Shown here: positions 19,408-29,840 of the stretch, piece by piece | How the letters are laid out: each line of letters starts with the position of its first letter | Numbering within the stretch: the stretch's first letter is position 1 | Made by a program: the position numbers and the translations under genes | Assembly (NCBI GenBank): GCA_046758505.1 | Contig: JBHIAH010000001.1 | Location: 64,001-128,000, forward strand | Direction: 5' to 3' | DNA: 64,000 nt | Origin: Candidatus Methylomirabilales bacterium | GTDB taxonomy: Bacteria; Methylomirabilota; Methylomirabilia; Methylomirabilales; CSP1-5 | The notes under the pieces: generated by a model | What the model was told of the DNA's origin: nothing | The model's database searches: none | The model's input: the letters and a program-made list of their open reading frames with translations, nothing else

Positions 19408-19782
19408 TCAGAAGCCGGGGACCGCGAAGCTTCCCGGACCTCCCCCGCTCGGCCCCAGCGTGTACTCGATGACCGTAATGCTGAGGACCTCGGGGGGATC
19501 TGTCCTAGGCTCGCGCAGATAGCGCACGTAGACCCGTTGTCCGGTTTGCAGCGCGTCCACCGTCGAGATAGCGGGACCTCTCACCGACGTGAACGCCGCG
19601 ATCTTCAGCCAGTATTCCTCCGCGTCCGGTTTGGCCGCGACGACGATCAACCCCTGCTCCCTCTCGATCTGGACAATGCGCCCCCGGAGGTCACCGACCC
19701 GGCCAGGGGGAGATTTTGACGCGGCACAGGCGCTCCCGATGAGACCCACAAGGACCACGCACACCGTACCCTTTACGCGCAC
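19408..19782 (-). CDS. Hypothetical lipoprotein (beta-rich)
   Basis: Signal peptide with lipobox-like IGSAC; LQTGQRVYVRY pattern. Confidence 0.65.
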   Translation of the reverse strand: MRVKGTVCVVLVGLIGSACAASKSPPGRVGDLRGRIVQIEREQGLIVVAAKPDAEEYWLKIAAFTSVRGPAISTVDALQTGQRVYVRYLREPRTDPPEVLSITVIEYTLGPSGGGPGSFAVPGF

Positions 19783-19851
19783 GACACCCTCCCCGGCGAT
19801 GCTTCATCGCATGCAATTGTGGGACATCGGAGAACCTGCTATCATCCTGTC

Positions 19852-22560
19852 ATGCTAGCAGCCGGGACCATCTCAGTCCAGTTTTTCGAGACCGCAGTCC
19901 ATTGTCACGACCGGGTCGCCCTGCAGACCAAGCGAGAGGGCGGCTACGTTCGCTGGCTCTACGGCGAGATCGCGGATCAGGTTCATCGCCTCGCGACGTT
20001 CCTCCGCCGGCTCGAGATCGCCCCCGGAGATCGGGTCGCCCTCTTTGCCGAGAACCGACCGGAGTGGTGCGTGGCCTATCTCGGGATTGTGGCCGCGGGA
20101 GCCACCGCGGTCCCCCTCGATGCGCAACTCGGGGAACAGGAACTCGAGTCCGTCCTCCGTCACTCCGAGAGCCGAGCCGTTGTCGTCTCGGAGGCCGGCC
20201 TGACCAAGGTGCACCCCCTCGTTGCTCGCCTTCCTCTCGCCCCCGAGGTCATTCTGCTCGATGCAAAGGCCGCACCCGGGGTGCACGTCCTGGCCGAGAT
20301 CCTGAAGCATACCCCCAAGGATCCGCTCCCTGCACCCACACCGGAGGGGATTGCGTCGATCCTGTACACCTCGGGGACCACCGGAACACCGAAAGGTGTG
20401 ATGCTGAGCCACCGCAACTTTCTGTCGAACTTCTCCGCCGTGCGGGAGCTGAAGGTCTGCGGACCCGAGGACAATCTCCTGGCCCTCCTCCCGCTCCACC
20501 ACGTGTACCCGTTTATGATCTCCCTGGTGACCCCCCTCCTCTGCGGGGCCCGGGTCACGTTCCTGCAAAGCCTGAAGCCTCCCGACCTGCTCGCGTGTAT
20601 GCGGGAGACCGGAGTCACGATCCTGGTCGGAGTCCCGCAGCTTCTGGCGCTTCTCCATCGAGGAATTTTTCAGGAAGTCAACAAGCGGTCCTGGCCGCTT
20701 CGCGTGCTCTTTGACCTCCTCCTGGGTCTCGCCGGCGCCGCACAACAGTATCTGGGAAGGAACACCGGTCGTGTCCTGTTCCCCCAGATCCATCGTCGCT
20801 TCGGCGGCAGGCTCCGCGTCCTGACGAGTGGCGGAGCCAAACTCGAGCCGGCGGTCGGCCGAGACTTGTGCCGCCTCGGCTTCACCGTCCTCGAAGGGTA
20901 CGGCCTCACCGAGACTTCACCGGTCGTCACGTTCTCTCCGGCGGATCGACCCCGGTACGAGTCGGTCGGCGTGCCGCTCCCCGGGGTCCGCGTCCGGATC
21001 ATGGAGCCGGATCCAAGCGGAGTCGGCGAGATCGCCGTCCAGGGTCCCAATGTGATGCACGGCTACTTCAAGGATCCCGAGGGAACCGCCCAGAGCTTCC
21101 GGGACGGCTGGTTCCTCTCGGGGGACCTCGGGTATCTCGATGGCGACGGATATCTCTATATCGCCGGACGGCTCAAGGAGGTCATCGTCCTCCCGTCGGG
21201 GAAAAACATCTACCCCGAAGACGTGGAGGCTGACTTCTTGAAGAGCCCCTTTATCAAGGAGATCTGCCTGGTGGGGACCGAGGAGCCTGCCGGGGGGTTG
21301 ACCGCCCTGGTCGTTCCCAACTTCGAGCACCTGAAGGCCCAACGGATCGCCAACGTCGAAGACACCATACGATGGGATGTGGAGAATGTCTCCCGCAATC
21401 TCCCGGCGTACAAGCGTCCGACGCGGCTGCACATCGTGAAGGACGCCTTTCCCAGGACCCGTCTCGGCAAGATTCAACGGCACCTCGTCCGCCAGATGTA
21501 TCTCCAAGAGGAGGTTGTGCGGGCCGACGTGGATGAGGGGGTTGCTCCCTCCGAAACGGACCAGGCCCTGTGGGAGAGCCCGGTCACCCGCACGATCATC
21601 ACCTCGCTCCCGGTCCTCACCCGCAAGAAGCAAGGAATCCGCCTCGACGATAATCTGGAACTGGACCTCGGTCTCGATTCGTTGTCCCGGATCGAGCTCC
21701 TGGTGGCCCTCGAGGAATCGTTCGGCATCGACCTCCCGGCGGACACCGGGCCCGAGCTGTTTACGGTGCGAGATGTCGTGCGCAAGGTGCAGGAGTGTCT
21801 CGGGGAGCACGCCAAGACCGCCGAGGCGACGCGGGCGGCGCGGCGCCCCCCCTGGAGCGAGATCCTGGCCGGGGAGCCCCCTGAAGCGGTCCAGGCGGAA
21901 ATCGCGGCGGGCAAGAAACCCTGGGCGCTCTTCGTCACGTTTCTTTCTCGCGCGCTCCTCCACCTCGTCTTCCGGCTCTTCTGCCGCCTTCGTGTCCACG
22001 GGTTCACTCATGTGCCGGATCGAGGTCCCTACCTCATCACCCCGAACCATGCGAGCTACGTCGATGCCTTCGCCCTCGGGGTTGCCCTTCCCCTCAGGAT
22101 GGTCCGCCATCTGCACTTTCTGGGCTTTCAGCAATTTTTCCAGAATCCGGTCAGCGCCATGTTCGGCCGGGCGTTTCGGGTCATTCACGTGGATGCCGAG
22201 GCCTACCTTTTCCAAGCCCTCCGAGCGGCGGCCCATGTCCTACGGCAGGGCGAGACCCTCTGTATCTTTCCCGAGGGGGCCCGCTCCATCGACGGGGAGA
22301 TCAAACCCTTCAAGAAAGGGGGAGCCATCCTGGCCAAGGAGCTGAACCTCCCCCTGCTCCCGACCCGGATCATCGGCTCCTTCGAGATTTGGCCCCGCGG
22401 GAGAAGACTTCCCCGGCCCCATCCCCTGGTGATCATCTTTGGTCCCCCGGTCACCGTCGAGGAGCTGCTCGCCCAGGAGCCAATCCCGCCCGGCGCGGAT
22501 CTCTACCAAGTCATTGCCGCGCGCCTCCGCGACCGGGTCGCCGCCCTGGCAGCCGAATGA
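19852..22560 (+). CDS. Fusion: long-chain acyl-AMP ligase + acyl carrier domain + PlsC-type acyltransferase
   Basis: YTSGTTGTPKG, EGYGLTET, SGDLG; ACP motif DLGLDSL; NHASYVD (HX4D) and IFPEGARS. Confidence 0.92.
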   Translation: MLAAGTISVQFFETAVHCHDRVALQTKREGGYVRWLYGEIADQVHRLATFLRRLEIAPGDRVALFAENRPEWCVAYLGIVAAGATAVPLDAQLGEQELESVLRHSESRAVVVSEAGLTKVHPLVARLPLAPEVILLDAKAAPGVHVLAEILKHTPKDPLPAPTPEGIASILYTSGTTGTPKGVMLSHRNFLSNFSAVRELKVCGPEDNLLALLPLHHVYPFMISLVTPLLCGARVTFLQSLKPPDLLACMRETGVTILVGVPQLLALLHRGIFQEVNKRSWPLRVLFDLLLGLAGAAQQYLGRNTGRVLFPQIHRRFGGRLRVLTSGGAKLEPAVGRDLCRLGFTVLEGYGLTETSPVVTFSPADRPRYESVGVPLPGVRVRIMEPDPSGVGEIAVQGPNVMHGYFKDPEGTAQSFRDGWFLSGDLGYLDGDGYLYIAGRLKEVIVLPSGKNIYPEDVEADFLKSPFIKEICLVGTEEPAGGLTALVVPNFEHLKAQRIANVEDTIRWDVENVSRNLPAYKRPTRLHIVKDAFPRTRLGKIQRHLVRQMYLQEEVVRADVDEGVAPSETDQALWESPVTRTIITSLPVLTRKKQGIRLDDNLELDLGLDSLSRIELLVALEESFGIDLPADTGPELFTVRDVVRKVQECLGEHAKTAEATRAARRPPWSEILAGEPPEAVQAEIAAGKKPWALFVTFLSRALLHLVFRLFCRLRVHGFTHVPDRGPYLITPNHASYVDAFALGVALPLRMVRHLHFLGFQQFFQNPVSAMFGRAFRVIHVDAEAYLFQALRAAAHVLRQGETLCIFPEGARSIDGEIKPFKKGGAILAKELNLPLLPTRIIGSFEIWPRGRRLPRPHPLVIIFGPPVTVEELLAQEPIPPGADLYQVIAARLRDRVAALAAE

Positions 22561-22635
22561 CCCCTTTCGCTTTGCAGCCTCCCTACCCGTATAGTATCCT
22601 AAGGAACACCTGATCCTCGATCAAGGAGGGAACCG

Positions 22636-23784
22636 GTGGTCCAACGGGACCGGATGCGAGACCGTTTCCTGACGCTCGTCCGCATGAACAGCCCTTCGCG
22701 GAAGGAACGGGAGCTGGCGACACATCTCAAGGAGGACCTGATCCGCCTCGGGGCCGAGGTGCACTTTGACCAGGCGGAACGGATGGTCGGTGGATCGGTG
22801 GGAAATCTCATCGCCCGCATCCCTGCAACCCACCCGGGCGCGGCTCCCTTCCTGCTCTGTGCCCACATGGACACCGTCGCCCCCACCGAAGGGATCACGC
22901 CCCAGCCGGCGGAGCACATCATCACAAGCGACGGGTCCACGATCCTCGGGGCGGATGACAAGAGCGGCATCGCCATCATCTGTGAGGTGCTTCGCGTCCT
23001 CCGGGAGGCAAAAATCCCCCACGGAGAGATCGAGATCGTCTTTACCATCTGCGAAGAGATCGGCCTTCAGGGGGCGAGGCATCTGGATGTCTCCCAGCTC
23101 CACGCCCGCACCGGCCTCGTCCTGGACAGCAGCAATCCCGATCACCTGATCACCCGGGCGCCGGCCGCCAACCGGCTGCAGGTTACCCTCAGGGGTCTCG
23201 AAGCCCACGCCGGGGTCTGCCCGGAGAGGGGGATCAATGCGATCCGGATCGCCAGTGAGGCCATCGCGGCAATGCGGCTCGGCCGCCTCGACGAGGAGAC
23301 GACGGCCAACATCGGGATCATCGGTGGCGGCAGCGCCATCAACATCATCCCCAGCGCCGTCACGGTCCAGGGAGAGGCGCGGAGCCACGACGAGGGCAAA
23401 CTCAAGGCCCAAACCGAACACATGGTCCACTGCTTCAAGGAGGCGGCGGCACGCCACGCACTTACCCTGGACGGCGTGACACAGCGGGGCCAGGTGGCCT
23501 GCCGGGTCCAGCGGGACTACGATCGGCTCTTCATCCCGGAGGGGGCCCGGATCGTCCAGCTTGTTCGCGAGGCCGCCCGCGCCCTCGGGCGCGAGATCAC
23601 CCTCTGGCGGACGGGCGGAGCCTCCGACGCCAACATCCTCTGCGCCAAGGGGCTCGAAGTCGCCAACGTGGGGACGGGGCAGCAGGAGGTCCACACGGTG
23701 CGGGAGCGGTTGGTGCTCGACGACATGGTGCGATCCGCACAACTCGTCCTCGAAACGCTGAAGCGGCACGCGGGTGGCATCTAA
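22636..23784 (+). CDS. M20 family peptidase T-like metallohydrolase
   Basis: AHMDTV, LGADDKSG, CEEIG, GGASDAN, HT. Confidence 0.92.
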   Translation: MVQRDRMRDRFLTLVRMNSPSRKERELATHLKEDLIRLGAEVHFDQAERMVGGSVGNLIARIPATHPGAAPFLLCAHMDTVAPTEGITPQPAEHIITSDGSTILGADDKSGIAIICEVLRVLREAKIPHGEIEIVFTICEEIGLQGARHLDVSQLHARTGLVLDSSNPDHLITRAPAANRLQVTLRGLEAHAGVCPERGINAIRIASEAIAAMRLGRLDEETTANIGIIGGGSAINIIPSAVTVQGEARSHDEGKLKAQTEHMVHCFKEAAARHALTLDGVTQRGQVACRVQRDYDRLFIPEGARIVQLVREAARALGREITLWRTGGASDANILCAKGLEVANVGTGQQEVHTVRERLVLDDMVRSAQLVLETLKRHAGGI

Positions 23785-23816
23785 GGCCAGGGCGATCCGA
23801 AGGGGAGGCGAGTCAC

Positions 23817-24218
23817 ATGTACACGGTGACCAGCATCATGAAGAGCCCGGTGGTGCGCATCGAAGCCACCAAGTCGGTGACGGAGGCCCTGCACCGGATG
23901 CAGGAGAAAGGGATCTCAAGTATCCTGGTCACCCCGACGGCGCCCGGGGAGTCCATCGGGATCATGACCAAGCGGGACATCATCTCCAAGGTGGTCTCCC
24001 AGGGAAAAGACCCCGAGAAGCTCAAGGTCCGGGACGTCATGACCTCGGGGCTCATCACGGTCCCCCCCGACTGCCCCCTCCGGGATGCGGCCACGATGAT
24101 GACGGAGAAGGGGATCCGGCGGGTCCTGGTGAGTCATGGGGACGACATCATTGGGATCGTCAGCGACACCGACGTTTTCCGGGCGGTGGAGGAGGCGGGA
24201 TGGGGGCTGGATTACTGA
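23817..24218 (+). CDS. CBS-pair protein
   Basis: Two CBS motifs (GIMTKRDI; GIVSDTDV). Confidence 0.9.
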   Translation: MYTVTSIMKSPVVRIEATKSVTEALHRMQEKGISSILVTPTAPGESIGIMTKRDIISKVVSQGKDPEKLKVRDVMTSGLITVPPDCPLRDAATMMTEKGIRRVLVSHGDDIIGIVSDTDVFRAVEEAGWGLDY

Positions 24219-24634
24219 GATCGTTCCTCGACGATATCCACAAAGGCCGCCAGGATATCCGTCTCGGTGATGATGCCCACCAGGAGGTCTCCTTGGACCA
24301 CGGGAAGTCCCCCAACCTGGCGTTCGAGGAGAAGGCGGGCCGCATCGGCGATCGAGGTCTCTGGGGTGACCGTGAATAGCCGTTTTGTCATGATCTCCCG
24401 CACCGAGAGCTTCTCGAGTGCGTCGTACGGATCCTCCCCTCGGGGGCCCACCGTGACCGCCGACGGAAAGACCAGCCGGATGTCCCGGTCCGTCACGATG
24501 CCGACGAGCCTCCCATCCTCGACCACCGGGAGGTGGCGGATCTGGTGTTCCCGCAGCAGTCCCCAGGCGGTCCGCACGCTATCCGAGGGACCGACCAGGA
24601 CCAATGCCGTCTTCATCCGCTCGCCGACCTGCAC
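24212..24634 (-). CDS. CBS-pair protein (AcuB-like), convergent with the previous gene
   Basis: IRHLPVV..GIVTDRDI; GLPVV..GIITETDI. Confidence 0.9.
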   Translation of the reverse strand: MQVGERMKTALVLVGPSDSVRTAWGLLREHQIRHLPVVEDGRLVGIVTDRDIRLVFPSAVTVGPRGEDPYDALEKLSVREIMTKRLFTVTPETSIADAARLLLERQVGGLPVVQGDLLVGIITETDILAAFVDIVEERSQ

Positions 24635-24884
24635 GCCGCCAGCTCACATCTCGTCGATGCCCTGAACCCCGCTGCCGCAGCCTCTCCTCGTTTGTCGCAT
24701 AAGATAGCAGTCGGTTTCAGCAGGGTCAAGCACGCCAAGGCGGGTGAACCAGGCTCCCGGGGACCGCCCGGCTCCCTCAGACCTTGCGTCCCTCCGCGCG
24801 ATCCGGTATGCTGATTCGGAAATCGCCGGTCCGCGTTAGCCTCAGGCCGGAACCCGAGGCGGCTTGCACTCCCGGCCATATATC

Positions 24885-25487
24885 ATGGACGTTCAGCATC
24901 AACGGATTCTGGATTATCTCGTCGGCTCCTGGCGGGAGCGGTTCAACCTGATCCCGGCGATGGAGGTCTCCGAGGCCTTTCAGCTGCCGACGGCCGAGAC
25001 CCTGAGGGTCTTGGAAGAGATGGCAACGGACGGCCTGGTAGAGCTGCACCGGCAGCAGGCGGGTCCTGCGGATCCGGGGGTGCTCGGCTACTCTGTCTCG
25101 GAAACGTTTCGGGCAACCTACGTTCTCCCGTCCCGATCGATTTTGAAGGACCGCTTCGAAGAGACGAAGCAGGATTTCGGCCCCTTCAAGAACCTCCTCT
25201 ATCAAGGCGTGAGTCAGGACGAACTCTTTCGATTCCGCCCGACCATCCTCGATCAGTACCGGCAGAACCCGGATATCGAGGTGAAGCCAGATCTCATTGT
25301 GACCAAGCGGGCGGCGCTGAAGCGGGACAATGTTCAACCGGTATACGTCCGCTACCGATGGGCCACCGGGCTGTCCGGTGACCGCTACATCATGGTCAAC
25401 CTCTGGGACCTGGCGGAGCTCAGCCAACAAGAACAGGCCGCCTGGGCCCGCGACGCACTCCAGGAACCGAGAGGGGTCGGTGCGTGA
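24885..25487 (+). CDS. Hypothetical protein
   Basis: 200 aa ORF with host-like codon usage, overlapping the next gene start. Confidence 0.7.
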   Translation: MDVQHQRILDYLVGSWRERFNLIPAMEVSEAFQLPTAETLRVLEEMATDGLVELHRQQAGPADPGVLGYSVSETFRATYVLPSRSILKDRFEETKQDFGPFKNLLYQGVSQDELFRFRPTILDQYRQNPDIEVKPDLIVTKRAALKRDNVQPVYVRYRWATGLSGDRYIMVNLWDLAELSQQEQAAWARDALQEPRGVGA

Positions 25488-26184
25488 ACGGCTGCTCGCC
25501 TGGTCAGAGGGAGAGCACCTGGACGGGGTGCTCCACCTTCCAGGACCGGGGAGGTGGCCCTGCGTCATTGCCGCCCACGGCCTCCTCAGCACGAAGGCGA
25601 GCGATAAATATCTCCTGTTGGAAACACAGCTGACGCAGGCGGGCTTCGCCTGTCTCCGTTTCGACTTCCGAGGCTGTGGACAGAGCGGCGGGACGCTGAA
25701 GGATACAACTGTCGGTGGCCGGATCCGCGATCTGCGGGCCATCCTCACGCACCTCCGGGAGCACCAGGCGCTGGAGCAGCCCTTCTTCCTCGTCGGGAGC
25801 AGCCTGGGAGGCTACGTCGCCCTCTATATCGCCGTCGAGGCACCCCAGGTGATGGCAACGGCACTCTGGGCAACGCCCGCACACCTCCGAGATCTCCAGG
25901 GCCGGAGGGACTCCCTCATGGCCCACGGGCTCGGGGCACCCTTCTTCCAAGAGCTCTCACAGGGGACGATTGCCGAGGCCCCTGCCGCACCGCCGGGGTG
26001 CTTGATTATCCATGGGGAACAGGACGAGCTGGTCCCCTGCCATCATGCCCGAACCCTGTACGAACGAGCCAAAGAGCCCAAGGCCCTCGAGATCCTTCCG
26101 GGAGCAGACCACCGCCTCACCGATCCCGAAGACCGGGAGCGGGCCGTCCAATTGACCATCGCCTGGTTCAAGAGGTACCTATGA
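25480..26184 (+). CDS. Alpha/beta hydrolase
   Basis: AHG, FDFRGCGQS, GSSLGG nucleophile elbow, HGEQDELV, GADH. Confidence 0.9.
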   Translation: MRERLLAWSEGEHLDGVLHLPGPGRWPCVIAAHGLLSTKASDKYLLLETQLTQAGFACLRFDFRGCGQSGGTLKDTTVGGRIRDLRAILTHLREHQALEQPFFLVGSSLGGYVALYIAVEAPQVMATALWATPAHLRDLQGRRDSLMAHGLGAPFFQELSQGTIAEAPAAPPGCLIIHGEQDELVPCHHARTLYERAKEPKALEILPGADHRLTDPEDRERAVQLTIAWFKRYL

Positions 26185-26762
26185 TCGAGAAGGAGCAGAT
26201 CCGCCGCCTTCTCACCGGTCGGCGGAGACAGTCGCTCTCGCCCCAGGGAAAGCGGCGGGCCGCGGTTCTGATCCCGCTTTACAAGGACAAGGAAGGGTTT
26301 CAGATCCTCCTCATCAAGCGGACAGAGCATGTCAGGACGCATCAAGGGCAGATCGCCTTTCCTGGGGGGACCTGGCATCCGGACGATCCGAATCCCACCG
26401 CGACGGCCCTGAGAGAGGCTCATGAGGAGATGGGCATCCGTCCCGAGGATGTGGAGGTGTTGGGGGAGCTGGATGATGCCTCCACCGCCACCTCCAACTT
26501 CCTCATCACCCCCGTGGTCGGAGTCATCCCCCCACGGTATCCGTTCCAGATCAACGCGGGGGAGATCGCCGATCTTCTCTCGCTTCCCCTGGAGACCCTG
26601 CGGGATCCCTCTGCCTTCCACGAAGAGACCTGGGAGAGGAGGGAAGGGGGCCGGGTCCAGGTCTTCGTCCGCCGCGAGGGGCCTCACATCATTTGGGGGG
26701 CGACGGCCAGGATCCTACGCCACCTTGGGGGGATCCTCTTCGCTGCCCCCGCGGGACCCTGA
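26181..26762 (+). CDS. Nudix CoA pyrophosphatase
   Basis: AAVLIPL, HQGQIAFPGG...ALREAHEEMG, IWGATA. Confidence 0.92.
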   Translation: MIEKEQIRRLLTGRRRQSLSPQGKRRAAVLIPLYKDKEGFQILLIKRTEHVRTHQGQIAFPGGTWHPDDPNPTATALREAHEEMGIRPEDVEVLGELDDASTATSNFLITPVVGVIPPRYPFQINAGEIADLLSLPLETLRDPSAFHEETWERREGGRVQVFVRREGPHIIWGATARILRHLGGILFAAPAGP

Positions 26763-26912
26763 TGTTACCCCCCCTCCCCCCGCAGAACGACATTTCGGTT
26801 GAACCAAGCGCGAAGTTCCTTTACAATGCTATCCCTGACCGTACTGACCGATACCCGTGACAGCCGCGGTCCACGCGGTGACTGCGTGCTTCCAGGCTCA
26901 GGCGGGGCCGAC

Positions 26913-27923
26913 ATGAACGCGCACCACCCAGAACCAGAGATCCCGAGAGATGCGGTCCAAAAACGGCGGCGGAGGCGACGGCGTCTTATCCTTGCCTTGG
27001 GGATCGTCGGCCTCCTCGGTTCGACCGTCGTACTCTCGTGGAACCATATGGTAAGCCAGGGTACCCGCAGTGCGCTGTTTGACCGGAAGGGGGACTTGAT
27101 CTCGGCGTTGCCGCTCCCGGCGGCTCCTCCCAGCCCCGAGAGGGCTCAGGACCTCCTGCTTACCAGCTCCACGGGGCTCACGGCCAAGGTCCGCCTCCTC
27201 TCCTCCGCAGAAGGCAAGCTGCTTCCCGGCGTCATTCTGCTCGATGGGATCAAGCAGGGAAGACGGGTGGTGGACTATCCGGCCATCGAGGAAATCAACA
27301 AGCACGCCGTGGTGATGTCGATGGACTATCCCTTGGTATGGGGCAAGAAGTTCAGCGGATGGGACATCCTCCCCGCGTTGGTCACTTTCCGCCAGGCCGC
27401 CCTCGATTCCGTCAGCAGCGTGCTCTTGATGGTCGATTACCTCGAGAGCCGCCCCGACGTCGATAAAGACCGCATCATCCTGGTGGGGACGAGCTTCGGA
27501 GCCCCCGTGGCAGTCATTGCGGGCGCCATCGATTACCGGCCATCGGCCGTGGCCGTCCTGTACGGTGGTGGGAAGCTAGGAGACCTTATTACCCACAACC
27601 TCCGTCGAAGCGGTCGCCTCGGCCGGACCGCGATCCCCCGCCCTGCGGCGGGCTTCTTTGGCCGAGCGATCGCAGCAGCGCTGACCCCCCTCGAGCCGAC
27701 CCGCTATGCCCCTCTCATCGCACCCCGGCCGCTCTTACTGATCAGCGGGGCCGACGACGAGCTGATCCCGCGAGACAGCGTCTTGGCCTTGTACAGGGCG
27801 GCCAGGCCCCCCAAGGACCTCTGGTGGATCCACTCCAAGCACCTCAGACCAAAGCAGCAGGATCTGATGCGGACGCTGATCCGTCAGCTCAACCAGTGGT
27901 TTCAAAGAAAACACCTCCTCTAA
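26913..27923 (+). CDS. Membrane-anchored alpha/beta hydrolase (esterase/peptidase-like)
   Basis: N-terminal TM; DVDKDRIILVGTSFG; GADDELIP; H near C-terminus. Confidence 0.8.
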   Translation: MNAHHPEPEIPRDAVQKRRRRRRRLILALGIVGLLGSTVVLSWNHMVSQGTRSALFDRKGDLISALPLPAAPPSPERAQDLLLTSSTGLTAKVRLLSSAEGKLLPGVILLDGIKQGRRVVDYPAIEEINKHAVVMSMDYPLVWGKKFSGWDILPALVTFRQAALDSVSSVLLMVDYLESRPDVDKDRIILVGTSFGAPVAVIAGAIDYRPSAVAVLYGGGKLGDLITHNLRRSGRLGRTAIPRPAAGFFGRAIAAALTPLEPTRYAPLIAPRPLLLISGADDELIPRDSVLALYRAARPPKDLWWIHSKHLRPKQQDLMRTLIRQLNQWFQRKHLL

Positions 27924-27933
27924 GGCTCTGCTG

Positions 27934-28644
27934 ATGATCCATCTCCTCCTGTTCGATGTGGACGGAACCCTCATCCATACGGGGGGGGCGGGAGTTCGGT
28001 CGTTTCAAAGGACGTTCCGCGAGCTGTTCGGGATCGAGGCGGTCACAGAGGGAATTCGGTTCCACGGCCGGACCGATCTGGAGATCACCGAGGACATCTG
28101 TGCTGCCAGGCTCGGCCGGTCCCCCACGCCGGAGGAGATCGAAGCGATCTGCAGCCGGTATCTCACCCACCTGCGAGAGGAAGTGCGTCTGTCACCGGGC
28201 TACCGGATCATGCCGGGACTCCCCGGCCTCCTGGAGACGCTTTGCGGTCGGGCCGATGTCCGGTTAGGCCTGGCCACCGGCAATCTCGAAGGTGCAGCCC
28301 GGGTCAAGCTGGGTCGGGCCGATCTGAACCGCTACTTTTCCTTTGGGGGATTTGCTTCCGACGCGAAGGACCGAACCGCGCTGATTCACAAGGCTATTGA
28401 GCGGGGTCAGACCCTCGTGGGCCGATCGCAACACGGGATCCAGGCCATAGTCATCGGCGACACCGATCTCGATATCGCCTGTGGCCGAGAAGCAGGCGCG
28501 ACCACTGTGGCCGTCGCAACCGGCGGTGACTCGTGGGAGACCCTGCTTCAGGCGGCGCCCGACCACCTGCTGAAGGACCTGAGCCACCCCGAAGAGTTGC
28601 TGGCGATCCTCAGCGACTCCCCCGAACCATCCCGCCGCGGCTGA
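27934..28644 (+). CDS. HAD-family hydrolase
   Basis: LFDVDGTL, LATGN, IGDT..D. Confidence 0.92.
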   Translation: MIHLLLFDVDGTLIHTGGAGVRSFQRTFRELFGIEAVTEGIRFHGRTDLEITEDICAARLGRSPTPEEIEAICSRYLTHLREEVRLSPGYRIMPGLPGLLETLCGRADVRLGLATGNLEGAARVKLGRADLNRYFSFGGFASDAKDRTALIHKAIERGQTLVGRSQHGIQAIVIGDTDLDIACGREAGATTVAVATGGDSWETLLQAAPDHLLKDLSHPEELLAILSDSPEPSRRG

Positions 28645-28859
28645 AGCCTCAGGGGACCCGAGCCCGTTCGGAAGCACGTTGCTGTCCGCCCGGGTCCGGG
28701 CGGTTTCGGGATGGGGGATGTTCCCGCCCCCTCGGCACTACGCCCAGAGCGTGGGATGGGGATCCTTCCTGCTCATGACGGCGGGGAAAACCCGAGGGAG
28801 GAGAAGCCTGGGGGAAAGGCGCGAGCGTTGCGAGATTTCGGCGTAGCGTCGTGCCGCCC

Positions 28860-29663
28860 TCAACCGACGATGTCCTCCCCGCCATCGACACCAACCACGT
28901 TGCCCGTCATCCATTGCGTCTCCGGTTGGCTCAGGACCACGATCCCGGCCGCCACATCGGCGGGGGTCGTCAGACGGTGAAACGGATTCCGCTCTCTGGC
29001 GACCTCGATCATCTTCTCGTGGCCGGGGATCTTGCGGAGGGCCGGGGTGTCGGTCACCCCGGCACGGACGGCATTGACAGCAATTCCCATCGGCGCCAGT
29101 TCCAGCGCCAGCTGTCGAACATGCGACTCCAAGGCGGCCTTGGCGGCGGAGACGGCACCATAGGTCGGCCAGACTCGCTGTCCGCCCGAGCTCGTCATGG
29201 CAAAGACCCTCCCCCCCTCCTGCATCAGTCTTCGCCCAACCAGATCTTGGACCCAGTAGACGAGACTGTGCGCCATCACATCCACCGTCATATCCATCTG
29301 GGGTTTCGTAATGGCTTCGGCGGGGTTCGCTGCGATGAAGGGCTTCAGGGTCCCAAAGGCCAGCGAGTGGAGGAGGACCTTGACCCCCCCCTCCTCACCC
29401 CGTTCCTTCAGGACCTTTTCCATCCGATCCAACGCCTCCCGGCGCTTCTCCTCGTCGGCGGCGTTCATATTGAAGAAATGGGCCTCCCGCCCCATCCCCC
29501 GGATCTCCCCCACGATTCGCTCCACATTGGCCAGGGTGGCTTTTCGATCCATGTGCACTCCGAAGATATGCATTCCGGCTCGCGCCAGGGCCAGACCCGT
29601 AGCCTCTCCGAAGCCGCTCGACGCGCCCAGCACCACAGCCCAACCGCTCAACCGCTCGCTCAC
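28860..29663 (-). CDS. SDR oxidoreductase, enoyl-ACP reductase (FabL/FabI)-like
   Basis: GASSGFG, YGAVSAAKAALE, VNAVRAGVTDT, VDGG. Confidence 0.88.
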   Translation of the reverse strand: MSERLSGWAVVLGASSGFGEATGLALARAGMHIFGVHMDRKATLANVERIVGEIRGMGREAHFFNMNAADEEKRREALDRMEKVLKERGEEGGVKVLLHSLAFGTLKPFIAANPAEAITKPQMDMTVDVMAHSLVYWVQDLVGRRLMQEGGRVFAMTSSGGQRVWPTYGAVSAAKAALESHVRQLALELAPMGIAVNAVRAGVTDTPALRKIPGHEKMIEVARERNPFHRLTTPADVAAGIVVLSQPETQWMTGNVVGVDGGEDIVG

Positions 29664-29840
29664 TATTTCCTCCCTTCGCTGCGCTTCCACTCGATCTCCA
29701 CACGGCAAATGGCGCAGGGATTCTACCCTAAGAGCGTTTGGGATTCAACGTTGAAACAGGCAACAACGTTCCCGTTTGACACCGAGGAAAAAGAACGGTA
29801 AAATTTTGCCCTCCACGCCACACCGTTCTGGAGGCGGTCC

